Below, one piece after another: positions 46,661-56,515 of a DNA stretch of 64,000 bases. The position numbers and the translations under genes are program-made. The notes under the pieces are model-generated. The model worked only from the letters and a program-made list of their open reading frames with translations, had not been told where the DNA came from and did no database searches. The first letter of the stretch is position 1; every line of letters begins with the position of its first letter. The stretch covers positions 32,001 to 96,000 of the IMG/VR virus record IMGVR_UViG_2917802685_000001; one strand, given 5' to 3'. The stretch is from a virus (Duplodnaviria > Caudoviricetes).

Positions 46661-47488
46661 ATGAGCACCGAGACCGTCGAGGCCGTCGAGCCCTACCGCA
46701 TCGCCGAGCACCTCAGCCGCACGATCTTCGCCTCGCTCTTCCCGCACGACCCGGAGAACAACGAGAAGCGCCACGCGGCCCGGCGCAGCAGCCTGGCCCC
46801 CGAGCTGCTCATCCCGCCCGTCGAGGCCGCCGCCGACGTCGAGGTCGACGACATCCTCGTCGTCGTCGAGGACGACGCGTACGGCAACGCCCTGCGCACC
46901 CACACCGCCCGCGACATCCTCATGCGCCAGGCGCGCACCCACCTCGTGCGGGTGCTCTCCAAGAGCGCGAGGTCCCTCGTCGTGAAGTGGGTCGACCTGC
47001 CCCGGGGCAACTGGCACATCAACCTGGCCGAGTTCGGCACGCCGTACGACCTCCACGAGCCGCAGCGCCTCATGCTCAGCTCCACCTCCCGGGAGATCGG
47101 CCGCCTCGGCACCGTCGAGGAGCTGCGCCAGAAGCTGGCCGCTCACCCCCAGTTCGGCGAGTGGCAGGCCGCCTACACCGCCGCCGTCGCCGAGCAGGAG
47201 GCCCGCGACGCCGCCAGCAAGGCCGAACGAGAGTCCGAGGCCGCCCGCCTGGTGCCCCTCAAGGCCGCCGTCGCCGGGCTCAACAAGCTCGCGGGTGAGC
47301 CCCTGGTCGAGCTGACCTACAGCAACTCCGTCATCGGCGTCACCCGCTGGCTGCACGCGAACGACTTCATGCGGACGCGCGTCTACCTCGCCGGACTCAA
47401 CGCCGTCGGCAACCTCCCCGACGACCAGCACCGCGAGGCCCTGCTGCACCTCGACGTGATCATCGCCGCCGCCAAGGGCAAGCGGTGA
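46661..47488 (+). CDS. Hypothetical protein
   Basis: GGAG RBS, codon bias. Confidence 0.8.
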   Translation: MSTETVEAVEPYRIAEHLSRTIFASLFPHDPENNEKRHAARRSSLAPELLIPPVEAAADVEVDDILVVVEDDAYGNALRTHTARDILMRQARTHLVRVLSKSARSLVVKWVDLPRGNWHINLAEFGTPYDLHEPQRLMLSSTSREIGRLGTVEELRQKLAAHPQFGEWQAAYTAAVAEQEARDAASKAERESEAARLVPLKAAVAGLNKLAGEPLVELTYSNSVIGVTRWLHANDFMRTRVYLAGLNAVGNLPDDQHREALLHLDVIIAAAKGKR

Positions 47489-47982
47489 GCGGCCCGCGCG
47501 CCTGCCTCTCCTGCGGCCAGAACTCGGCGTTCGTCCGCCGGGTGCGCTGCGGCCGTTGCGGCGACCAGGTGCACCCGTCCTGCCGGGACCTCACCAGCGT
47601 CTGTTACCAGTGCCGATACCGGCAGGCCCGCGAGGGCGGCATCACCGGCGACATGCTGCGGCCCTCTCAGGCCGGTGAGAGCCCGTTCGAGCGCAACCAG
47701 CCCGCCACCGTCGCCGCCGGTCAGCCGGTGCCGAAGGTGGCGAGCCTGGAGGAGCGGTACGGCAAGAGCGCCAACGAGGTGCGCGTGCTGACGGCCGCCG
47801 TCTGGGCCGGATGGCACATCGAGAAGCGCGAGGAGTACAGCGGCGTCGTGACGGTGCGCAAGCACGGTCGCGGGTACCTGCGGCTGTACTTCTCGGTCGA
47901 CGGCCGCATCGTCAACGCCTCGACCCAGCGCCGGAACCTCCCCCTACAGACCCCCAAGATCATCGAGTACCTGGAGAAGTGA
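47485..47982 (+). CDS. Cys-rich hypothetical protein
   Basis: CLSC..CGRC..H..C..CYQC. Confidence 0.7.
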   Translation: MSGPRACLSCGQNSAFVRRVRCGRCGDQVHPSCRDLTSVCYQCRYRQAREGGITGDMLRPSQAGESPFERNQPATVAAGQPVPKVASLEERYGKSANEVRVLTAAVWAGWHIEKREEYSGVVTVRKHGRGYLRLYFSVDGRIVNASTQRRNLPLQTPKIIEYLEK

Positions 47983-48269
47983 TGGGACTGCCCCGCAAGA
48001 ACCCGCCTGCGCCGGGGGAGTACTGCAGTACGACGACAACCAGATACCCCGGTCCGTGCGGCTCCCCGGCTGTATGGCTCGTGTTCTACGCCTGCGACAA
48101 GACCGGCGAGGCGAAGAACGCGAACGCTTGCGGCTCGCACCTGGGCAAACTGCTGGCCGAACTCACGCCGGAAGCGGAATACTCCCGCGAGATGTTCCGC
48201 GTGCTGCCGTGGGACGTCGCCATCGCTGAGCACAAGAAGCGGGCCGCCGCCGAGGCGGCCACCGCGTGA
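47982..48269 (+). CDS. Hypothetical protein
   Basis: TGATG overlap; C..C..ACGSH. Confidence 0.65.
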   Translation: MGLPRKNPPAPGEYCSTTTTRYPGPCGSPAVWLVFYACDKTGEAKNANACGSHLGKLLAELTPEAEYSREMFRVLPWDVAIAEHKKRAAAEAATA

Positions 48270-48523
48270 CCGGAGAGACCTGCGGCGCCGAGCACCCTGA
48301 GGACCCCCGCACGCTGTGCACCCGCGAGCCGCACCAGAACCAGGGTTTCCACTCCGAGCGCCACACCCGCACCGTCTGGCCCGCCGACCCAGTCCCGGCC
48401 GTCCAGGGCACCGGCCGGGCCGCCCTCGCCGCCATCGCCGCCCGCACCACCCGACACCACCACACCGGCCCCGCCAGTGAGGCCGTCAGCAGCTGGAGGA
48501 ACCACGAGGACGCCGACAGGTAG
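48266..48523 (+). CDS. Hypothetical protein
   Basis: GTGA overlap. Confidence 0.6.
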   Translation: MTGETCGAEHPEDPRTLCTREPHQNQGFHSERHTRTVWPADPVPAVQGTGRAALAAIAARTTRHHHTGPASEAVSSWRNHEDADR

Positions 48524-48532
48524 CGGGGCGGG

Positions 48533-48555
48533 GTGTCAGTGGCCTCCCCTACGGT
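48533..48555 (+). promoter_or_regulatory. RecA-NDp (PafBC-type) promoter
   Basis: gTGTCAGTG-N8-TACGGT. Confidence 0.6.
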
Positions 48556-48583
48556 GGCGCCGGGTGTGAAGCCCGGCGCCACC
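48553..48583 (+). terminator. Terminator hairpin
   Basis: 12-bp stem followed by gcgtttt. Confidence 0.75.
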
Positions 48584-48601
48584 TGCGTTTTCCGGCCCGA
48601 G

Positions 48602-48635
48602 TAGACAGGCAACGATTGATGCCTTAGAGTGGGGG
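48602..48635 (+). promoter_or_regulatory. Conserved promoter/operator copy 5
   Basis: TAGACA g GCAAC-GATT-GATGC ct TAGAGT GGG. Confidence 0.8.
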
Positions 48636-48664
48636 CCATCTTCCCGCCAAGAGGAGCACACACG

Positions 48665-49792
48665 ATGACCGACAAGCCCCTGACCGAGATGACGCCGGTC
48701 GAGATCGACACCGAGCTGTCCCGGCTCTGGAACGACGAGGCGCAGGCCGAGGCCCGCCGCCTCAGCCTCCAGGCCTCCCTGCACAAGCAGGTCGGGGACG
48801 AGGGGCGCCGGGTGCGCGGCGCGCGGGGACTGGTCTTCTCCCTGTCCTGGGAACAGGTCCTGGAAAAGGCCCTGATGAAGGCCCTCGCCCCGCACACCGA
48901 GTTCGAGGCCGTCGTCGCCCGCGACGTCAAGCAGGTGCTGACCAACTGGGCCATGGCGGCCCGGGAGCTGGAGGTACTGGCGGCCGAGATCAAGCCGTAC
49001 GTCGACGAGTACGTGCGCCGGGGCCGCTGGAACCGCGTCTTCCTGGCCCAGAGCCACGACGGCCACGCCCACAACGGCACCGAGTGCACCACCTGCCACC
49101 ACGGCGAGGAGCGCACTCAGTTCGCGTGGCTGATCCAGTACTCCGGTAAGACCGAGGCCGAGATCGTCGCCGACGCCGGATGGCGCGCCTGCACCACCTG
49201 CTACCCGAGCGCCCCGGTCGGCGACGAGAAGACCCTCCCCACCAAGATGTTCACCCCGGACGAGGAGACGGCCCGCAAGGCCCGCGAGGAACGCGAGGAG
49301 GTGCGGACGCGGCGCGCGGCCAACAAGACCGCCAAGGGCATCACCGCCCCCGACGGCGGCCCCCTGCGCGACCGGCACGGCAGCCGGATCGAGACCGAGC
49401 GCGCGGCCGTCATCGAGGCGACCGACGGCCTGTCCGAGCGGTACAAGAACCTGAGGATCGAGCAGATCCTGACGGCCGACCCCGACCTGACGCCGTTCTT
49501 CTTCGACCGCGACAAGCGCACCGAGAACGAGGCCCGTGACCGCTCGCACGCGATGAACCTGATCGTGGCCATCGCGCACAAGCGGGGGGTCAGCGATGAA
49601 GAGGTGCTGGCCGAGCTGGAGCCCAAGGCGCTCGCCAAGGCCAAGCGCGACCTCGGTGGCAAGGACTGGGCGCCCCGCTTCCGCTACTCCGCGTCCTTCC
49701 ATGAGGGCGTGTTCGACGCCTACACGGCCAAGTGCAAGGCCGAGGAGCGCAAGCCCTTCGAGGCCCTGACGCTGCGCTGGGCCAAGTTCTAG
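48665..49792 (+). CDS. Hypothetical protein with H..C..C/CxxC metal site
   Basis: GHAHNGTECTTC...ACTTCYPSAP; GAGGAG RBS. Confidence 0.8.
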   Translation: MTDKPLTEMTPVEIDTELSRLWNDEAQAEARRLSLQASLHKQVGDEGRRVRGARGLVFSLSWEQVLEKALMKALAPHTEFEAVVARDVKQVLTNWAMAARELEVLAAEIKPYVDEYVRRGRWNRVFLAQSHDGHAHNGTECTTCHHGEERTQFAWLIQYSGKTEAEIVADAGWRACTTCYPSAPVGDEKTLPTKMFTPDEETARKAREEREEVRTRRAANKTAKGITAPDGGPLRDRHGSRIETERAAVIEATDGLSERYKNLRIEQILTADPDLTPFFFDRDKRTENEARDRSHAMNLIVAIAHKRGVSDEEVLAELEPKALAKAKRDLGGKDWAPRFRYSASFHEGVFDAYTAKCKAEERKPFEALTLRWAKF

Positions 49793-49860
49793 ACCCCCGC
49801 CCGGCCCCGCCCGCCCAGGGCGGGGCACCCCGTTCCCACCTAGTACCAGGAGTGCCAGTC

Positions 49861-50964
49861 ATGGCCACCACCGACAACCCCGCCCCGGCGGCCAAGGGCA
49901 AGCCCGGCGGCAACCCCACCGTCGTGCACGTCGCCGCGCACCTCAACCGTGCCGGGTTCAGGCTCTCCCGCTACACCGGCCGGATGGGGGACAACCGGGG
50001 GGGCGCCAAGGTCACCAGGAGCCCCCGGTTCGACGTCCCCTCCGTCTCCGTCAACTGGCGCGAGGACTACGACAGCGCGGACCGGCGCCGCGCAAAGCTC
50101 GGTCTCGACGACTTCGCCATGCTGCCCGTCCACCCCGAGGAGGAGCAGCGCATCCGTGACTACGCTGCCGCACTCGTCCCCCGCTACGCCGTCGAGGTCG
50201 AGCAGTACCGGCCCGGCGGCCCCTGGTCGCTGGTCGTCACCCGCCGTGAGGAACTGCCCGTACGTCCCAAGGGGCTCCCCACGGCGAGCAGCGTCGCGCA
50301 GGTCATGAGGGAAACAACCCGCGAGTCGTGGGGGTCGGATGTGGTCGACCAGGTGGACCACATCCGGATCGCGATCGGCGACGAGGACGACGTCGCCCCC
50401 GTGCGGGAGGCGCTCACCGCGAACGGCTGGACGTTCGAGGAGCCCGCCCCTGCGATCGAGCACTATCTGATCCACGTCACCGGGTCGACGCCGGACCGTC
50501 CCGCCCGCCTGCGCAGGCTGCGCGCCGAGCGCGCCGCCCGTGAGATCGAGTTGGCGGGGCGTGAGGCCGTCGCCAAGGTCGAGGAGGGCATCGGGCAGGA
50601 GAAGGCCTCCCAGGAGGCCGCCAGCGCCCCTCAGGAGGTCGAGGAGGACGCCCAGGAGGCTCCCGCCAGCATCCCGGAGCCGGAGCCCGTGCCGTACGCC
50701 TACGACAGCAAGGGGCGCAGCTGGAGGCAGGGGCAGCGCGCCGAGTTCAAGACCGTCGATGGGTTCCTGTACGGAGGTGAGATCGTCGGTTTCGGCGAGG
50801 AGGGCGGGGAGAAGACCGCGACGATCCGGGTGGACACCCGCCGGGGCGCTCCGGCCAGCCGTCGGATGTACAAGGGAGACCCCAACTTGCCCGGCAAGCC
50901 CCGGCCGTTGGACCCGGCGGAGGAGTGGACGCGCCCCCTGGTCAAGCTGAACAAGCCCCTCTGA
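49861..50964 (+). CDS. Modular hypothetical protein
   Basis: AGGAG RBS; C-terminal SH3-like segment. Confidence 0.75.
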   Translation: MATTDNPAPAAKGKPGGNPTVVHVAAHLNRAGFRLSRYTGRMGDNRGGAKVTRSPRFDVPSVSVNWREDYDSADRRRAKLGLDDFAMLPVHPEEEQRIRDYAAALVPRYAVEVEQYRPGGPWSLVVTRREELPVRPKGLPTASSVAQVMRETTRESWGSDVVDQVDHIRIAIGDEDDVAPVREALTANGWTFEEPAPAIEHYLIHVTGSTPDRPARLRRLRAERAAREIELAGREAVAKVEEGIGQEKASQEAASAPQEVEEDAQEAPASIPEPEPVPYAYDSKGRSWRQGQRAEFKTVDGFLYGGEIVGFGEEGGEKTATIRVDTRRGAPASRRMYKGDPNLPGKPRPLDPAEEWTRPLVKLNKPL

Positions 50965-50970
50965 CCTGCG

Positions 50971-51001
50971 GACGGCCCGCCCCACACCGGGGCGGGCCGT
51001 C
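50971..51001 (+). terminator. Terminator hairpin
   Basis: 13-bp perfect stem after stop. Confidence 0.75.
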
Positions 51002-51017
51002 GTCTTCCCGGACCCAG

Positions 51018-51049
51018 TAGACACGCAACGATTGTTGCTATAGTGTGGG
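51018..51049 (+). promoter_or_regulatory. Conserved promoter/operator copy 6
   Basis: TAGACA c GCAAC-GATT-GTTGC ta TAGTGT GGG. Confidence 0.85.
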
Positions 51050-51085
51050 TCTCACCAACCCGCCAAGGAACACAAGGAGGGCCGC

Positions 51086-53098
51086 ATGGCCACCCCGGAG
51101 AACGAGAAGAAGATCCAGCTTCAGGTCGTGGGATGGGTCCCCGCCGACGAGGTCGGAAACCTGGAGGTCGGCGACCGGATCATGTGGAACGGCGGCAACA
51201 CCTCCGAGGTGACCGAGGTCGAGCAGGTGTCGCGCTGCTTCCGGCTCATCTCCCTCAAGTCGTCGAAGACCGGGGAGAAGGAGACGCCGCGCAAGCTGAA
51301 GAACACCTCTCTCGTGGCGCGCATCCCCCAGGCCAAGGAGGAGCCCCCGGCCGCTGCCGTGGAGCGCCCGGCCGTCGAGGGAACCGTGATCCCCGCCGGT
51401 CACACCCTCGGCATCCCGGCCGAGTACGCCGACAACGTCAACGTCCGCGACGCGTACGGCGCCCTCGTGGCTGCCGGACACACCCCGGCCGAGCTGTCGA
51501 ACCAGAGTGATGACGGGGTGGACGACACCGCGTTCGGCACCGGCTTCATGATCTACGCCCGCGAGAGCGCCGTCCTGGTCGGCCACCTGGTCGACGGCAT
51601 CGACATGTGGAACAGCCTGCCCGACGCCGAGCGCCGCCGGATCCTTCGCGCCTACCGCGACACCATGCGCGCCGCCGGGTGGGAGACGGACGGGCGCATC
51701 ATCGGCAAGCGGCTCCACGCCTGGCGCACCTCCCCGCTGCCCGAGGGCGTCACCGCCGCCCAGACCCGGGGCGAGACGGCCGAGGAGCTGCCGGAAGGGC
51801 CGGTGAAGGTCCGGTTCGGCCTGAGCGACGACACCCGCCAGCAGCTCAGGGAGCAGGGCGAGCGGGCCCGCACCGAGCACCGCGCCGAGTTCGCCGAGCG
51901 CCAGCGTGAGGAGGCCGCGCGGCACGCCCCGTTGCCCGTGGGCACCCGTGTGCGGCACGCCGTGCAGGCGTGGGCCACCGTCGTGCAGGCGCCGAAGGGC
52001 ACCGCCGTGGTGGTCGGCCACGGCCGCACCCACCGTGACGGGTCGCTGGAGTACCAGGTTCTTGCGGGGCAGGACATCAGCCGCGCGATCGGCCCGGACA
52101 ACCCCATGACCCACCCGACCGAGTGGAACAGCGACCGCGTGCGGGAAGTCGCGCCGCCGCGCTTCAAGGCCCGCAGCGTGAGCGGCCGAACGACCCATGG
52201 CGTGCTGGACATCGACACGGACCGCTGGGTGAACGTCGGTCTCCGCGAGGAGGACGCGCAGGAGGAGACCCAGGCCCTCAATATTGGCCGGGCCACCCTG
52301 GACGCGTACGGCCGTATCGAGTGGCCGGGGAACCCGCTGCCGGAGATGCCCAAGCCGCCCAAGGGGTGCCGCTTCGAGATCATGCGGACGCCCGCCCGGA
52401 CCACGGTCAACATGTACGACGGCATCCAGGCCGCCCCCGTCCTGAGTGACTGGACCGGACACGCCCCCCACCACGAGGCCGTGACCATGATCGCCCGCGA
52501 GATGGCCCGGGTGCACACCAGGGCCATGAAGGAGACGGCCGCGCTCCTCGCCCTGGATGACGCCACGCTGTACCAGGTGGCCACGTCGGCCGGTGACGTC
52601 GAGACGATGACCGGCGCCGCCGCCCGCGCCCGCCTCCAGTCCTACCGCGAGGAGGCCGGACCGGAGAAGCTCCACGCCAGCTACAACAGCCCGGCCGTCA
52701 CCGTGGCGCACTCCGGCGCGCACTGGATGCTGACCGTGCACGCCTACCGCAGGGACGGCAGCCGGAACCTGGGCGGCATGGTTCGGGTGACGGTTGAGCC
52801 GCTGGTGGTGGCCAAGGCGGCTCACGCGGTCCGTCAGGGCACGGGCGCCGGTACGTATGTGCCCGTGGAGACGCTGAACGTGGACGCGTTCGGGCCGTGG
52901 GTGCGGCCGGTGCCCGACTTCCCCGAGCACGTGGTGTTGCACTGGGTCAGCTGCGGCACGCCGGTGAAGGCGGGCGCCGAGCGGTACGAGGAGCACATGA
53001 AGACCTACCGGGGCGCCCTGGAGGCGGCCGGGTGGCGCTTCGTGACCGCTATCGCCGACGGCGGCATGGTGTTCCAGGACCCCGCGACCCTGGCCTGA
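51086..53098 (+). CDS. Large modular hypothetical protein
   Basis: AAGGAGG RBS; two Y..(T/A)(M/L).AAGW modules. Confidence 0.8.
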   Translation: MATPENEKKIQLQVVGWVPADEVGNLEVGDRIMWNGGNTSEVTEVEQVSRCFRLISLKSSKTGEKETPRKLKNTSLVARIPQAKEEPPAAAVERPAVEGTVIPAGHTLGIPAEYADNVNVRDAYGALVAAGHTPAELSNQSDDGVDDTAFGTGFMIYARESAVLVGHLVDGIDMWNSLPDAERRRILRAYRDTMRAAGWETDGRIIGKRLHAWRTSPLPEGVTAAQTRGETAEELPEGPVKVRFGLSDDTRQQLREQGERARTEHRAEFAERQREEAARHAPLPVGTRVRHAVQAWATVVQAPKGTAVVVGHGRTHRDGSLEYQVLAGQDISRAIGPDNPMTHPTEWNSDRVREVAPPRFKARSVSGRTTHGVLDIDTDRWVNVGLREEDAQEETQALNIGRATLDAYGRIEWPGNPLPEMPKPPKGCRFEIMRTPARTTVNMYDGIQAAPVLSDWTGHAPHHEAVTMIAREMARVHTRAMKETAALLALDDATLYQVATSAGDVETMTGAAARARLQSYREEAGPEKLHASYNSPAVTVAHSGAHWMLTVHAYRRDGSRNLGGMVRVTVEPLVVAKAAHAVRQGTGAGTYVPVETLNVDAFGPWVRPVPDFPEHVVLHWVSCGTPVKAGAERYEEHMKTYRGALEAAGWRFVTAIADGGMVFQDPATLA

Positions 53099-53129
53099 CC
53101 TGCGCTGACACGGCATGGCCTCACTCGAC

Positions 53130-53164
53130 TTGACACGGGCAACACGTGTTGCGATAGAGTGGGG
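53130..53164 (+). promoter_or_regulatory. Conserved promoter/operator copy 7
   Basis: TTGACA cgg GCAAC-ACGT-GTTGC ga TAGAGT GGGG. Confidence 0.9.
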
Positions 53165-53225
53165 TCATGCCCACCGGGGGAAAGCCCCCGGGGACTTCCC
53201 GCCGCTTACCAGGAGGACAGACAGA

Positions 53226-54221
53226 ATGAACGCCACCACCCACCGCACCTACAAGATCAACCGCACCTCCGGTTCGAGCGGCTCCCTGTGCCCTCCCGGG
53301 CACTACAACCACACCATGAGCCTGGAGGAGTACAACGGCCCGCGAGGCCGCAAGGTGATCGGCATCATGAGCCTCGACTACATCGACAACGAGCACGCCG
53401 CCGCCTATGACTTCATGGTCGAGTCGGTCAACAGGGTCCGCGAGGAGTCCCGCAAGAACTGGGTGGCCTCCGAGGCGTGGATCAGGAGCGTCTATGGCTA
53501 CTTCCGGGACAGCTACTCGCCCGACGGCGAGACCCGCGACGTTTCCAAGGCCATCACGTACAGTCCCGTATCCGAGTCCGTGAAGGCGGCCCGCAAGGCG
53601 TTGGCCGACGCGTTCGAGGTGCCCGGGACGCTGTACACGACGGAGATCCGCCCCCTGCCGTGGCTCAATGAGGACGGCCAGGGCGAGGCCGACGCGAAGA
53701 GCTACCGCGACGGCTCGAAGCGCCCGATGCGCGCCGCCCGCCGGGGGTACGAGGTGACGGCCAAGGCGGACGGCTCCCGGGTCTACGTGTACGCCCTCGC
53801 CGACGACGGCACCCGGTACGGCGCGCTGCCGATCTTGCAGCGCTACGCCGACGCGCTGACCGAGGCCGGGTATACCGACGTCCGGATTGAGGAGCCGCAG
53901 AACACCGCCACCACGTTCGTGCCTGAGCGCGTGATCGCCACCCCGGCCACGACCCCCGAGCCCATCGACCCCGCGCGGCACCTGGCCGTGATGTGCATCC
54001 GGGAGTACTTCCCCGACCACGAGCCGCGTACCGAGCTGATCGAGAACCCGGGCAAGGGCCACGGCGCGTACCCCTGCACGAAGTGCGGCGAGAAGGTGCA
54101 GTACGAGGCCAAGTTCGACGCGCACGTGACCGTGTCCACCCGGATGGACGGCAGCGGGATGACGCACTGGACGTACGGCAAGGAGTGCCCGAAGGGCGGC
54201 GCCCACACCATCGAGTACTGA
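53226..54221 (+). CDS. Hypothetical protein
   Basis: AGGAGG RBS; C-terminal CTKC..CP..H. Confidence 0.8.
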   Translation: MNATTHRTYKINRTSGSSGSLCPPGHYNHTMSLEEYNGPRGRKVIGIMSLDYIDNEHAAAYDFMVESVNRVREESRKNWVASEAWIRSVYGYFRDSYSPDGETRDVSKAITYSPVSESVKAARKALADAFEVPGTLYTTEIRPLPWLNEDGQGEADAKSYRDGSKRPMRAARRGYEVTAKADGSRVYVYALADDGTRYGALPILQRYADALTEAGYTDVRIEEPQNTATTFVPERVIATPATTPEPIDPARHLAVMCIREYFPDHEPRTELIENPGKGHGAYPCTKCGEKVQYEAKFDAHVTVSTRMDGSGMTHWTYGKECPKGGAHTIEY

Positions 54222-54227
54222 CTATCG

Positions 54228-54292
54228 GCCCCGGCCCCGCCCACCCAGGGCGGGGCGGCGGACCGAGGCAGGTTCAATGCCTGCCCGGGGCG
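54228..54292 (+). ncRNA. tRNA-like element A
   Basis: 7-bp stem GCCCCGG/CCGGGGC, hairpin, T-arm GCAGG-TTCAATG-CCTGC. Confidence 0.6.
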
Positions 54293-54297
54293 CACAG

Positions 54298-54328
54298 TAG
54301 ACACGCAACGCCTGTTGCTATAGAGTGG
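54298..54328 (+). promoter_or_regulatory. Conserved promoter/operator copy 8
   Basis: TAGACA c GCAAC-GCCT-GTTGC ta TAGAGT GG. Confidence 0.88.
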
Positions 54329-54379
54329 AATCACAGCCGGGGGAACCCGGCGCTTCCCGCCACCAGAGATGAGACCCAC

Positions 54380-55111
54380 GTGAGCACCTTCGACACCCTG
54401 ACCCCCGGCGAAGCCGTCGCCGCCGCCCGCGACGACGCCCCGGAGTACAAGCGGATCACCGGCCTGAAGGGTCTGGCGGCCGACCGTATCCCCCACTACA
54501 CCACCCAGACGGCGGCCGGTAACACCCGCAAGCCCGAGCAGCCGTGGGTCGCCCATGGCCACCTGGACAAGTTCAAGGAGATCGCGCGGGTCGAGTGGGC
54601 CAAGGACGCCGACCCCGGCACGGCCGAGGTGTTCTACGCCGACGACTCCACCGACCTGATCAAGCGTGGCGAACTGCTGTGCGTCGAGCGGCCGATCACC
54701 ACCGCCGACGAGGACGAAGACCGCACGCTGTCCGAGCTGATCACCGCCGACGGCGTCACCCTCACCTCGCAGCACATCGCCACCGGCACCGACGCCGACG
54801 GGTGGGCGCACCACGAGTACCGCGTAACGATCGCCTACGACGGCCGGACCTACACCCAGACCGTTCTTCACGGCATCGGCAACAAGGAGGCCCCGGAACT
54901 GGTCGAGACCGTTCACATGCTCGTCTCCCAGTCCATGACCGCGCTCGCCGCCGACAGTTACGAGGACTGGGCGAGCGACTTCAGCAGCGACCCCGCCGAC
55001 TGGATGCCCGAGAAGACCTACACCGACAACGTCCAGATGGCCAAGGATCTGATGATGCTGCTCGGTACCGAGCGCTACGAGCGTTACGCCAAGGCCGACC
55101 ACGACGCCTGA
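54380..55111 (+). CDS. Hypothetical protein
   Basis: GTG start, codon bias. Confidence 0.75.
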   Translation: MSTFDTLTPGEAVAAARDDAPEYKRITGLKGLAADRIPHYTTQTAAGNTRKPEQPWVAHGHLDKFKEIARVEWAKDADPGTAEVFYADDSTDLIKRGELLCVERPITTADEDEDRTLSELITADGVTLTSQHIATGTDADGWAHHEYRVTIAYDGRTYTQTVLHGIGNKEAPELVETVHMLVSQSMTALAADSYEDWASDFSSDPADWMPEKTYTDNVQMAKDLMMLLGTERYERYAKADHDA

Positions 55112-55119
55112 GTACCACA

Positions 55120-55183
55120 GCCCCGGCCCGCCCCCGCGAGGGGGCGTGGCGGCTCGGGTCCGGTTCGACTCCGGCCCGGGGCG
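55120..55183 (+). ncRNA. tRNA-like element B
   Basis: GCCCCGG/CCGGGGC stem, GCGA-capped hairpin, CCGG-TTCGACT-CCGG T-arm. Confidence 0.6.
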
Positions 55184-55224
55184 CTCACCACATCCCGCCA
55201 CCACCACGAGGGGGAACCCACCGC

Positions 55225-56406
55225 ATGAACGCGACCGACACCACGGCGCCGACCGCCGCCGAGATGGACCTGATGATCAAGGCCGTCACCAGCCGCGAGA
55301 AGCACCTGATCGGCCCGCCCGAGCTGCGCGACAGCATCGAGGCCAAGGGGTACGCCTACCGCCTCCAGGGCAAGCACGTCGAGGGGGTCATGGTCCTCAC
55401 GCAGAAGGGTTCTGACCTGGCGTACGAGACCCACATGGCCCGGGAGGGCGTGACCATCGAGCCGCCGTTCACGGACGCTGACGCCCTGGAAGACTCCGCC
55501 CTGTTGAAGGCGCTGGAGGTCAAGAGCGGCAACGTGCACGCCCCCGACGGCGCCCGCCTGGTCGCTCAGGGCCTGGCGTGGGTCGACGAGGAGCGCGGGC
55601 ACTACTTCCTGACCGACGACGGCCGCGCCGCCGCCGAGGCGCTCCGCGACATCGAGCGTGACCTGATCACGGATGAAATGCTGGAGGTGATCAACCAGTG
55701 CGGCGGGGGCCGCGCCCAGGCCAAGGCAACCGGCTGGATCGCGGGTGTCACCCAGTTCGAGCAGCGCGTGTACATCGAGCGCGTACGGCTGCCCCACACC
55801 AGCCCGTACACGTTCAGCACCTTCGACGGCTGGACGAACCTGCGCTTCCAGCTGTTCAGCAAGCTGGGCATTCACGCGGAGATCGAGGGCAACCGCCTGT
55901 ACTTCGGCGCGCTGCGCCCCTCGCGCCGGGGGAACACGCCCCAGCTGGGCGAGCCCGACGAGGAGCGGAGCGAGCGCATCCACGCCGGGCAGCACGCTGA
56001 CGCCGTGTGGTCCGACCTGTGCAACCAGGAGGCCGGAGCCCCGTTCCGACTGGCCGTGATCGACGCCGACGGCCCCCGGGACGTCTACATGCCTCCGGCC
56101 GCGTGGATCTTCCACCACTTCAGCCGTGACGTCCGCCTCGACCTCGACGAGCACGGCCGCTATCGGGTCACCGTCACGGCCGCTCCGGACGCCGGATGGG
56201 ACACCCCGCCCGCCGCCGCCGTCTGGACCGGGCACCGTGCCGACGTCGCCGTCAAGGCCATGGCGCGCGCCCTGTACAGCACGAAGTGCGCCCACGGGTA
56301 CGGCACCGGCCGCGACTCCTGCCCCGGCTGCGACTACACGGCCGAGCTGTTCGAGGAGCGCTACCCCCTGCGCGGCTACGGAATGCGCAGCCTGGTTCTC
56401 CACTGA
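55225..56406 (+). CDS. Modular hypothetical protein with two winged-helix-like units
   Basis: GAGGGGG RBS; ..KGYA...LTQKG and L..QGLA...LTDDG; C-terminal CAHG..CPGC. Confidence 0.75.
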   Translation: MNATDTTAPTAAEMDLMIKAVTSREKHLIGPPELRDSIEAKGYAYRLQGKHVEGVMVLTQKGSDLAYETHMAREGVTIEPPFTDADALEDSALLKALEVKSGNVHAPDGARLVAQGLAWVDEERGHYFLTDDGRAAAEALRDIERDLITDEMLEVINQCGGGRAQAKATGWIAGVTQFEQRVYIERVRLPHTSPYTFSTFDGWTNLRFQLFSKLGIHAEIEGNRLYFGALRPSRRGNTPQLGEPDEERSERIHAGQHADAVWSDLCNQEAGAPFRLAVIDADGPRDVYMPPAAWIFHHFSRDVRLDLDEHGRYRVTVTAAPDAGWDTPPAAAVWTGHRADVAVKAMARALYSTKCAHGYGTGRDSCPGCDYTAELFEERYPLRGYGMRSLVLH

Positions 56407-56412
56407 CCAACC

Positions 56413-56481
56413 GCCCTGGCCCCGCCCGCCGCCGACCGGGCGGGGCACGGTCCGAGACAGGTTCGATGCCTGTCCGGGGCA
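56413..56481 (+). ncRNA. tRNA-like element C
   Basis: GCCCTGG/CCGGGGC stem, hairpin, ACAGG-TTCGATG-CCTGT T-arm. Confidence 0.6.
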
Positions 56482-56515
56482 CTCCTGAATATCCCGCCAG
56501 ACACAAGGGGGAGCA

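Noticed and set aside
54228-56481. Canonical tRNA genes
   Set aside because: No D-arm or consistent anticodon arm; kept as tRNA-like elements
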